Origin: Marinobacter sp.
Lineage (GTDB): Bacteria; Pseudomonadota; Gammaproteobacteria; Pseudomonadales; Oleiphilaceae
DNA length: 34,358 nt
Assembly: GCA_046498485.1 (NCBI GenBank)
Contig: JAWOAO010000057.1
Location: 1 to 34,358, forward strand
Reading direction: 5' to 3'
Shown here: positions 19,460-27,146 of the stretch, in pieces
Layout of the letters: every line of letters starts with the position of its first letter
Numbering within the stretch: position 1 is the first letter of the stretch
Made by a program: the position numbers and the translations under genes
Notes under the pieces: model-generated
Databases searched by the model: none
Seen by the model: only the letters and a program-made list of their open reading frames with translations
Told to the model about the DNA's origin: nothing

Positions 19460-20470
19460 TCACTCTTTGAGGCCGGAGAAATTAATGGGCAGGGATATAC
19501 CCAGGGAGAAATCCGGGGCATCTTCGGTCAGACCGATACCCAGACTGGTATTGACGATGGTGGTATCGCTCACGCGAGTGCCCAGAGACATACTCAGGAA
19601 ACCGGTCATCTGATCCTTGGCGACCGCCTGATCGCCGTTGCCGAAGGTGAGCACGGTTTTATCGCTGTAACTGAGCTGGGCAGAGATACTGAGCGAGATG
19701 TCGTAGGACAGCGAATAGGCAAAACCCGCGGAACCGGACAGGCTGAAGCCTGGTTCGACTTTGGCCAGCAAGCGGGCACCGCGTACCTGCTGCAGATCGT
19801 CTTCAGCAAGGTTGTAGGTGGCGCTGACCGAGCCAAACACCACCACCGGATCCAATACCTTGGACATGCTGAGCCCGCCACCAAGAGAGTAATAGCCGCT
19901 CCCGGTAGACAATTGCTCCTTGATATCAATTTCGTAGGGACTGACACCGGTTTTGGAGCTGAAGGTGGTGAAAAATGTTGTGGACACTTTCCCCGGCACA
20001 TAGGCAAACGGTTGCCAGCGACCCGTGAAGGAAATATCACCGAAATCATAAACCGACAGGTCGTCTTCGGTGTCGTACTTTACGACCAGCGGGATGCGGG
20101 TGCCGACCGTCAGGTTATCCCGCAAGCCGTAATCGTACGAAAACGCATTGGTGAAGTTATGGGTTGCCGATGGCACCACATCCAGGTTTCGCACAGAGCC
20201 GTTGGTGATGGCCAGGTCCAGTCGCTGATCGCCGGTGTAGGAGTAATCAAACGCATAATTCAGGGAGTGAGAGCCCTTTCTCTGCAGCGAATAGTTTTTC
20301 TCCGCGGCCTGGAATACTTCCTCCAATTGCCGGGTGGCATCTTCATCGCCCTCCTGCCGGGTCAACGCCTCTCGGGCCTGATCCACATTTCCGTCCTGCG
20401 CCAGCGCCATGCCCGGAAGCAGACCGGCAACGGAAACAAGGATAAAGCCTCGTACCAACCAACGATTCAT
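19460..20470 (-). CDS. filC: FilC/FapF-like outer-membrane beta-barrel transporter
   Basis: Signal peptide ending ALA; helical VDQAREAL...LEEVFQAAEKNYSL segment; STGSGYYS, KVLDPVVVFGS, IGLTEDAPDF beta-strands typical of this barrel family. Confidence 0.7.
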   Translation of the reverse strand: MNRWLVRGFILVSVAGLLPGMALAQDGNVDQAREALTRQEGDEDATRQLEEVFQAAEKNYSLQRKGSHSLNYAFDYSYTGDQRLDLAITNGSVRNLDVVPSATHNFTNAFSYDYGLRDNLTVGTRIPLVVKYDTEDDLSVYDFGDISFTGRWQPFAYVPGKVSTTFFTTFSSKTGVSPYEIDIKEQLSTGSGYYSLGGGLSMSKVLDPVVVFGSVSATYNLAEDDLQQVRGARLLAKVEPGFSLSGSAGFAYSLSYDISLSISAQLSYSDKTVLTFGNGDQAVAKDQMTGFLSMSLGTRVSDTTIVNTSLGIGLTEDAPDFSLGISLPINFSGLKE

Positions 20471-20524
20471 CCTGACTCCCTACTCTTATTGTTTTATCCT
20501 GATTCGGGTCATGCACCCGAAAAA

Positions 20525-21325
20525 TTAGTTACGGCGGTAGTACAGCTGTTTGCGGGTATTCTCCACGCTACCGTCCGGATTATTCTTCTGCCGTTCGAGC
20601 ACATTCTGGAGGCGCCTTTCCGTGGCTTCGTGAAACACCGGCATTTGCTGCAAGGCAAGCAGAGTCATGGTCTGGTCATCCACAAACCGCAGGTCTTCTT
20701 CTTTGAGCTCGAGGTTATCCAGAGGCTTGTCGCTGCCCGGGAAAACGATAAACAGAACGTTGTCGTCCCATTTTTCCTCGAACTGATCGAGGGTAAAGGA
20801 GAGGTTGCCAACGGCAGGATCCGCCAGGTACACGCGGTCATCACGGATGGTTCGCAAAACCACAAAATGCTTGAATCCGGCATGATGAATCGGAACGATG
20901 GCGGGATGATCGAGCTCCTTCAGATCGTCGATCGTGGCCCGGAATCCCCCAGAGGGATAGCCAAGCGCGGTCACCAGCCGTTTCATGTCCAGCATCGAGA
21001 ACGCCCGCCGCTCGACAATGCGTTCGCTTTCGCCGTAGTGAAGCAGCCCTTCCATTACCTGCCGTTCAGACAGGTTACGGCCCAGATAAAAGTTCAGGAC
21101 AGTGGTCAGGGCAGCGCTGCCACAACTGTAGTCATAGGCCTGGCGCACGATGTTCCGGAATTTTTGCTCCACCAGGGGCTCCACCCGGACGTCGGTGCGC
21201 AGATGAGCCAGAGTGGGGTCAACGCTTTGCTGGATAACGATGGTACCCGGGTCAAATGGCTCGACCTCGGTTGCTTCCTGCACCATGGCGAACGTTAGAA
21301 TGGATCCGGCCAACACCAGCAGCAT
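20525..21325 (-). CDS. filB: Stand-alone C39-family cysteine peptidase (FilB/FapD-like)
   Basis: RQAYDYSCGSAAL (Gln/Cys), HFVV (His), LADP (Asp); hydrophobic N-terminus; no ABC domain. Confidence 0.85.
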   Translation of the reverse strand: MLLVLAGSILTFAMVQEATEVEPFDPGTIVIQQSVDPTLAHLRTDVRVEPLVEQKFRNIVRQAYDYSCGSAALTTVLNFYLGRNLSERQVMEGLLHYGESERIVERRAFSMLDMKRLVTALGYPSGGFRATIDDLKELDHPAIVPIHHAGFKHFVVLRTIRDDRVYLADPAVGNLSFTLDQFEEKWDDNVLFIVFPGSDKPLDNLELKEEDLRFVDDQTMTLLALQQMPVFHEATERRLQNVLERQKNNPDGSVENTRKQLYYRRN

Positions 21326-21353
21326 TTTGGAAAGTTCCTGTTTTTATTAGGCG

Positions 21354-21372
21354 TGTAACTTATCGGGTTACA
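21354..21372. promoter_or_regulatory. Palindromic operator candidate upstream of the C39 peptidase gene
   Basis: TGTAAC-N7-GTTACA, 28 nt upstream of the filB-like start codon. Confidence 0.45.
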
Positions 21373-21503
21373 TGTTGTTACGGTAAGATACCGAAATCAT
21401 GACGGGCTTAAAGATAACTGTGCCTCAAATCCGTAGCTGCAGACGGAGCCTTGACGGGGTGGTTTGAGAACTGCTTCATGCCTCGGCCGAGGCAACAAGG
21501 GGA

Positions 21504-21533
21504 ACGGGCCCCGGATCGATTTCCGGGGCCCGT
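21504..21533 (-). terminator. GC-rich hairpin after the SLC13 gene (probable terminator)
   Basis: Perfect 12-bp stem ACGGGCCCCGGA/TCCGGGGCCCGT with a 6-nt loop, 14 nt past the stop; weak U-tract. Confidence 0.6.
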
Positions 21534-21547
21534 CAATCGGGGAAGGA

Positions 21548-23011
21548 TCAGAGCGTAAAGACCACGCCCAGCAGCGCGTAGCTGATCAGAGTAACGACAA
21601 TCACGCCAATCAGATTCAGTGCAAAACCGGCACGAATCATATCTGAAATATGCATATGACCGCTTGAGAAGACAATGGCGTTGGGAGGGGTTGCAACGGG
21701 CATCATGAAGGCACAACTGGCCGCAATCGCCGCCGGTACCGTCAACAACAGCGGCGATACCTCCTGGGACATTGCCAACGCACCCAACAGCGGCAGGAAT
21801 GCCGCGGCGGTTGCGGTGTTGCTGGTCACCTCGGTCAGAAAAATAATCACCGTAGCCACCAGCGCCACCATGACCAGCGTGGGCAGCACGCCGGCAACAC
21901 CCAGGCTTGCGGCTATCCACTCAGCCAGTCCGGAGCTGCTGATCACGCCGGCCATCGCCAGTCCACCACCAAACAGCAACAGCACACCCCAGGGCATCTT
22001 GCTCGCGGATTCCCAGTCCAGAACGAAGGTTCGCTGTGCGCTGTTTACCGGAATGATAAACATCACAATGGCGGCGGCGATAGCGATGCCGGTGTCACTG
22101 AGCCAGGGCATCAGACTGGCCGACAGTAAAGGACGGAAAATCCAGGCGCTGGCCGTCAGCACAAACACCAGAGCAACCAGCTTTTCGCCCCGGCTCATGG
22201 AACCCAGCTTGGCCAGCTCCTCGTGAATCATGTCACTACTACCGGCGGAACCGCCAATACCAAAATCTTTCCGGGTCAGCCACCACCATGTCAGCACCAG
22301 CATGACCACCGACACCGGCACCCCTAACAGCATCCACTGGGCAAAGCCCACTGAGATGCCCTGATTCTCGCTGAGGTAAGCCGCCAGCAGCGCATTGGGT
22401 GGTGTTCCGATCAGGGTGGCAATGCCACCAATACTGGCGGAATAGGCAATGGCCAGCAGTAACGCCGTTGCATACCGGCGCATCCCATCAGGATTGGATG
22501 AGTCCATCATCGCTACCACCGACAAGCCAATCGGCAACATCATGATGGCGGTGGCGGTGTTACTGACCCACATACTGAGAAACGCCGTTGCCAGCATAAA
22601 ACCGGCGATCTGACGCTTCGGTTGATTCCCCATCGCCCGCAGCGTCATCAAAGCGATCCGACGATGCAGGTTCCAGCGCTGCATCGCCAGCCCGAGCGTA
22701 AAACCGCCCAAAAACAGGAAAATAATCGGGTTGGCATAGGGTGAAGTGGCCTGGCTTATGGTGCCCAGGCCCAGTGCCGGCACCAACACAATAGGCAACA
22801 GCGCCGTGGCCGGAATGGGAATGGCCTCTGTCGACCACCAGGTGGCCATCAACAGCATCAAGCCCAGTGCCGCCCAGGCCTCCTCACTCATGCTTTCAGG
22901 CGCCGGCACCACCCAGGTCACCAACAGGAAAAAGGTACCCAGAATCAAGCCGATAACCTGGCTTTTCGGCAATCCCGGGGTGTCATGCTCTGTGGCTTGC
23001 GGATCGGTCAT
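21548..23011 (-). CDS. SLC13/DASS family sodium:dicarboxylate or sulfate symporter
   Basis: SMWVSNTAT, LIGTPPN, TEVTSNTAT, MPVATPPNAIV motifs; many TM helices. Confidence 0.93.
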   Translation of the reverse strand: MTDPQATEHDTPGLPKSQVIGLILGTFFLLVTWVVPAPESMSEEAWAALGLMLLMATWWSTEAIPIPATALLPIVLVPALGLGTISQATSPYANPIIFLFLGGFTLGLAMQRWNLHRRIALMTLRAMGNQPKRQIAGFMLATAFLSMWVSNTATAIMMLPIGLSVVAMMDSSNPDGMRRYATALLLAIAYSASIGGIATLIGTPPNALLAAYLSENQGISVGFAQWMLLGVPVSVVMLVLTWWWLTRKDFGIGGSAGSSDMIHEELAKLGSMSRGEKLVALVFVLTASAWIFRPLLSASLMPWLSDTGIAIAAAIVMFIIPVNSAQRTFVLDWESASKMPWGVLLLFGGGLAMAGVISSSGLAEWIAASLGVAGVLPTLVMVALVATVIIFLTEVTSNTATAAAFLPLLGALAMSQEVSPLLLTVPAAIAASCAFMMPVATPPNAIVFSSGHMHISDMIRAGFALNLIGVIVVTLISYALLGVVFTL

Positions 23012-23049
23012 GTGATACCACTCTGGTTGGTTACGATGGGTCGGTGTGT

Positions 23050-23370
23050 TCAGTCACCGGCGCAATTTACACAAACCGTGGTATATGGCAATACTTGTAT
23101 GCGTCTTGGGTCGATATCTTCCCCGCACCGTTCGCATTCACCCCCCAGGCCACTGGCGATTCGATCCAGTGCATGAGCTATCTGGGCCAGTTCGTTTCGG
23201 GTCTCCTGTTCCAGCGAATCCACCACCTCATCGTTTTGCGTCTGGGTTGCCCGCTCTTCAGAATCCTTGTCGAGCGCACCGGTTTCACGACGCTGATGGG
23301 CCTGGTAACGCGCCAGCCTGGCTTCAAGATCCGCCTTCAGGGTTTCCAGTTCGGAGCTGCGATTATTCAT
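23050..23370 (-). CDS. TraR/DksA-family C4 zinc-finger protein
   Basis: Coiled coil, then ALDRI...CERCGEDI...R...P....CVNC; RBS GGGAGA. Confidence 0.88.
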   Translation of the reverse strand: MNNRSSELETLKADLEARLARYQAHQRRETGALDKDSEERATQTQNDEVVDSLEQETRNELAQIAHALDRIASGLGGECERCGEDIDPRRIQVLPYTTVCVNCAGD

Positions 23371-23402
23371 GGTCTTCTCCCAATGGATTATTGATCAACG
23401 TT

Positions 23403-23472
23403 ACTCTAAAGTAATATGCTCGAAAAGCGTTTGATGCCTGTCAAAATCCTGTCATTCGCCACAAGGTAGACT
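23403..23472. promoter_or_regulatory. FNR/Anr box with divergent class II -10 elements
   Basis: TTGAT-gcct-GTCAA at 23431-23444; TAGACT (+, 23467-23472) and TAGAGT (-, 23408-23403), each 22 nt from the box. Confidence 0.75.
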
Positions 23473-23511
23473 GCTGAAGCAGTCATCGTTCTTACAAAGG
23501 AGTTGTAATCA

Positions 23512-23877
23512 ATGAACACCGATATGTTCGAAAAAGCCAATCGCCTGAATGAAACCCTGTTCACCCAGCTCAGCAAAGCTACTGAGATGCAAATGGAAGC
23601 TTTCCGCCGCTACGCGGATGTCGCCATGGAGCAGGCCCGAAAAGTATCGGAAGTGCGTGACCTGGACGGACTGAAGCAAGTGACTTCCGAGCAGACCGAA
23701 ACCCTGAAGTCGCTCAGCGAGCAGCTCACCAGTGACTGGAAAGCCTGGCAGGACTACCTGAACGAGACCCGCGAGCAGGTTCAGCAAGCATTCAGTGCCG
23801 AAACCGCCGACACTACCGAGCCCGCCAAAGAAAAGGCTCCGGCCAGCAAAGCCAGTACTAACAAAACCACAGCCTGA
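23512..23877 (+). CDS. phaP: Phasin (PHA granule-associated protein)
   Basis: 121 aa amphipathic helical protein with an Ala/Lys/Thr-rich tail, strong RBS AAGGAG, directly upstream of PHA synthase. Confidence 0.8.
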   Translation: MNTDMFEKANRLNETLFTQLSKATEMQMEAFRRYADVAMEQARKVSEVRDLDGLKQVTSEQTETLKSLSEQLTSDWKAWQDYLNETREQVQQAFSAETADTTEPAKEKAPASKASTNKTTA

Positions 23878-23894
23878 TCAAGTCAGTGCTACTC

Positions 23895-23930
23895 CGGTCG
23901 GAATGGCTCGGCCATTCCGACCGTTTTTAT
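23895..23930 (+). terminator. Intrinsic terminator between phasin and phaC
   Basis: 13-bp stem CGGTCGGAATGGC/GCCATTCCGACCG, loop TCG, followed by TTTTTAT. Confidence 0.8.
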
Positions 23931-23949
23931 CTGTCGGCAGGAGTCTGTC

Positions 23950-25776
23950 ATGTCCGGTCTGGATTTTATCAGCAAAAAAACAAATAAATTGGTCAAAGCC
24001 TTTGAGGGCAATGTTCGGCAAGGTCAGCACCAGGTAGAGAAATGGCTCGGCGATACCGGAATGGTCGACGATGCCAAACTCTCGACCCTGAGTGAGGCCT
24101 CCGATGCCTACCGCACTATGGCGGAAGATCTTCTGCTGCACCCCTTGCGATTTGCCAGTGCCGAAATCGATCTGGCCAAAAAACACCTGAGTCTGGCCCG
24201 TTACACATTGGCCAGGCTGACCGGCAAGCAACCAGAGCCAGTAACACTGCCTGCCCCGGACGATCGCCGCTTTCTGGCCGAGGATTGGCAAAAACACCTG
24301 CCGTTTGACGTACTGCATCAGGCTTACCTGATCAATTCAAAAGCGTTCCTTGACTGGGTTGCAAACATGGAAGCACTGCCCGGCCCGGGCCGCGAACAGA
24401 TGCTGTTCTATGCCCGGCAACTGAGCAGTGCCCTTTCGCCATCCAACTTCCCACTGTCTAACCCGGAAGTGCTCCGCATTACCCGGGAGCGCAAGGGCAT
24501 GAACCTGGTGGATGGCGTCCGTAACCTGATTGAAGATATCCGCCAGAACCCGAACCTGTTCAACGTCAGCATGACCGACCGCACGGCGTTCGAGGTGGGC
24601 GGCAATCTGGCTACCACACCGGGCAAGGTGGTGTACCAGAATGAACTGATGCAGCTGATCCAGTATTCGCCCACCACCAAAAAGGTGGCCCAGCGCCCAC
24701 TGCTGATTGTTCCGCCCTGGATCAACAAATTCTACATACTGGACCTGAGCGAAAAGAACTCGTTTCTCCGCTGGCTGGTCAGTCAGGGGCAAACGGTGTT
24801 CGTGGTTTCCTGGCGCAACCCCGGGCCGATGCACAAAGACAAGGGCTGGGACGATTACATGACGCTTGGCCCTCTGGCCGCCATCGAGGCAGTCAAAGAG
24901 GCCACGGGCGAGGAACAAATGAACGCCATTGGCTACTGCATTGGCGGCACATTGCTGGGTTCTACCATGGCCTGGCTGGAGAAGAAAAAGCTCAAACCGA
25001 TTGTCAGCACGACCTACCTGACCACCTTGCTGGATTTTTCCGACCCCGGCGGTATTGGTGTGTTCATCACTGACCATTCCCTCCGCGGCATCGAGCGGGC
25101 CATGAACCGAAAGGGTTATCTGGACGGCCGCGCCATGGCCTTCACTTTCAACCTGCTGCGTGAGAATGACCTGTTCTGGTCTTACTGGACCAACAACTAC
25201 CTCAAAGGCCTGAAACCCGCCGCCTTTGACTTGCTGTACTGGAACACCGACGGCACCAATCTTCCCGCCCGCATACACAGTTACTATCTGCGGGAGATGT
25301 ACCTGCACAACCGGCTGGTTCAGCCGGACGCGCTGACCATGGCCGGCGAAACCATCAACCTGGCGGAGATTCAGGTGCCATCGTTCTTCCTTTCCGCCCG
25401 GCAGGACCACATTGCCAAATGGAAGACCACCTATGAAGGCGCGAAAGTGTACGGGGGCGACGTAAAATTCGTACTGTCTGGCTCCGGGCACATCGCCGGC
25501 GTGATCAACCCACCCTATAAAGAAAAATATGGTTACTGGACCAACGACACGCTAAGTGCAAATCCCGACGACTGGCTTGAGGGGGCTGAACATCACGCCG
25601 GTTCCTGGTGGCCGCACTGGAAAGACTGGATCAAGACCTACGAGGGTGAACAGGTACCTGCCCGGAAGCCCGGAGATGGCAAGCTCACCGTCATCGAGGA
25701 TGCCCCGGGCAGCTACGTGAAAGTCAACGCTGCGGACGCCGCGGGTGAAAAACATTTGTTGTTGAAACACCAATAA
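23950..25776 (+). CDS. phaC: Class I poly(3-hydroxyalkanoate) synthase
   Basis: DDRRF, SPSNF..SNP, PPWINKFYILDL, lipase-like box GYCIGG, QDHIA (Asp), SGHIAG (His), GSWW. Confidence 0.96.
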   Translation: MSGLDFISKKTNKLVKAFEGNVRQGQHQVEKWLGDTGMVDDAKLSTLSEASDAYRTMAEDLLLHPLRFASAEIDLAKKHLSLARYTLARLTGKQPEPVTLPAPDDRRFLAEDWQKHLPFDVLHQAYLINSKAFLDWVANMEALPGPGREQMLFYARQLSSALSPSNFPLSNPEVLRITRERKGMNLVDGVRNLIEDIRQNPNLFNVSMTDRTAFEVGGNLATTPGKVVYQNELMQLIQYSPTTKKVAQRPLLIVPPWINKFYILDLSEKNSFLRWLVSQGQTVFVVSWRNPGPMHKDKGWDDYMTLGPLAAIEAVKEATGEEQMNAIGYCIGGTLLGSTMAWLEKKKLKPIVSTTYLTTLLDFSDPGGIGVFITDHSLRGIERAMNRKGYLDGRAMAFTFNLLRENDLFWSYWTNNYLKGLKPAAFDLLYWNTDGTNLPARIHSYYLREMYLHNRLVQPDALTMAGETINLAEIQVPSFFLSARQDHIAKWKTTYEGAKVYGGDVKFVLSGSGHIAGVINPPYKEKYGYWTNDTLSANPDDWLEGAEHHAGSWWPHWKDWIKTYEGEQVPARKPGDGKLTVIEDAPGSYVKVNAADAAGEKHLLLKHQ

Positions 25777-25790
25777 CAACAGAATCGGGC

Positions 25791-25892
25791 ATGGCTGAAA
25801 ATTCGGCCAGCGCCACCTTGTCGTGGTCAATCACCATGGTGAGGTGGCCGGCCCATTACGACGCTCTGACAGGAATTCCTAACCGGAGACTT
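25791..25892 (+). pseudogene. Putative relic of a CBS-domain/GGDEF gene
   Basis: 25811-25852 reads RHLVVVNHHGEVAG (CBS-like). In another frame, 25851-25892 reads AHYDALTGIPNRRL (GGDEF N-terminal signature). Confidence 0.55.
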
Positions 25893-25898
25893 AACTTG

Positions 25899-27146
25899 AT
25901 GACGTTCAACAAACTTCTGCTGGCGGCCTGCTTGCTGCTGGGCAGCGCTGTGGTCTATGCCGAAACCATCAAGATCGGCCTGAACTACCCTCAGACCGGC
26001 CGCTACAAGGATCAGGGCTTGCAACAACGGCTGGGCGCCTACCTGGCGGTGGATGAAATCAATCAAGCTGGCGGCGTTATGGGGCAACCCCTGGAACTGG
26101 TTATTCGGAACTCCCGGGGTGAACCCGATCAGGGCGCAAAGAATACCGCCGAGCTGATTGACCGTGAAGGCGCACACATGGTGTTCGGCGGCGTGTCCAG
26201 TGCCGTCGCCATTGCATCGGGCAAGGCCGCCCAGGCTCGCAACCGGATCTACTTCGGCACCCTCACCTACTCCAATGCTACCACCGGAAGCGAGGGCCAC
26301 AGCCACATATTCCGGGAGCCCTACAACGCCTGGATGACCGCGAAGGCGTTGAGCCAGTACCTGAATCGCCATCATGCGGACCAGAACTATTTTTACATTA
26401 CTGCGGATTACACCTGGGGCTGGTCGGTTGAGGAGTCGGTGCGGAAATTCTCCAATACCGAAGACACCGAGGCACACCAAGGCGTGAAAACGCCCTTTCC
26501 CAGGGCCTTGATCACCGATTTCAGACAAGCCCTGGAGCAGGCCGCCGAAAGCGATGCCGAGGTGCTGATGCTGGTGCTGTTCGGGGACGACATGGTACGC
26601 GCCCTGAATGCCGCCTATGAAATGGGGCTCACCAAGCGTATGCAGGTGGTGGTACCCAACCTGACGCTGGGCATGGCCCGGCAGGTTGGTCCGACGATTA
26701 TGGAAGGCGTGGTGGGTGCTGTGCCCTGGGTGTGGAACTTGCCCTATGAGAACAACTACCCCCGCGGCAAAGACTTTGTCGAGGCGTTCTCCAGCCGCTA
26801 TGAGCTGCGCCCGTCCTCTTCTGCGGCCTCCGCCTATAGCATCATCTATCAGTACAAAGACGCCGTCGAACGAGCCGGAACCACCGACACCCGAAACGTC
26901 ATCCGGCAACTTGAAGGCCACCGCTACAGTTTGCTCAAAGACGAGCAACACTGGCGCGCTTTTGACCACCAGAACGTTCAGTCGGTCTACGTGGTCAAGG
27001 TAAAACCCCGTGACACCGTCATGGCGGATCCCTTCAGCTCGGACTATTTCGAGATCATCGACACTATGCCCGGACAAGACGCGGTCCAGACCCGTGAAGA
27101 GTGGGAAGCCCGGCGCCGGGAGGCAGGCAAGCCCGCCTCGCTGTGA
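25899..27146 (+). CDS. Periplasmic substrate-binding protein, branched-chain amino acid (LivJ/PBP1) type
   Basis: ATG 25899 after GGAGA; signal peptide ending VYA; IKIGLNYPQTG, AVDEINQAGGVMG, GGVSSAVA, ADYTWG. Confidence 0.88.
   Translation: MTFNKLLLAACLLLGSAVVYAETIKIGLNYPQTGRYKDQGLQQRLGAYLAVDEINQAGGVMGQPLELVIRNSRGEPDQGAKNTAELIDREGAHMVFGGVSSAVAIASGKAAQARNRIYFGTLTYSNATTGSEGHSHIFREPYNAWMTAKALSQYLNRHHADQNYFYITADYTWGWSVEESVRKFSNTEDTEAHQGVKTPFPRALITDFRQALEQAAESDAEVLMLVLFGDDMVRALNAAYEMGLTKRMQVVVPNLTLGMARQVGPTIMEGVVGAVPWVWNLPYENNYPRGKDFVEAFSSRYELRPSSSAASAYSIIYQYKDAVERAGTTDTRNVIRQLEGHRYSLLKDEQHWRAFDHQNVQSVYVVKVKPRDTVMADPFSSDYFEIIDTMPGQDAVQTREEWEARRREAGKPASL

Noticed and set aside
19913-21298. 461-aa plus-strand ORF
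   Set aside because: Antisense shadow of the C39 peptidase and barrel genes.
20525-21325. C39 peptidase as evidence of a bacteriocin/RiPP cluster
   Set aside because: No ABC transporter domain, precursor peptide or modification enzymes; the neighbours are outer-membrane barrels.
21408-21479. 23-aa minus-strand ORF (MKQFSNHPVKAPSAATDLRHSYL) as a possible C39 substrate or filA remnant
   Set aside because: No double-glycine leader, no signal peptide and no well-spaced RBS; its length is compatible with chance.
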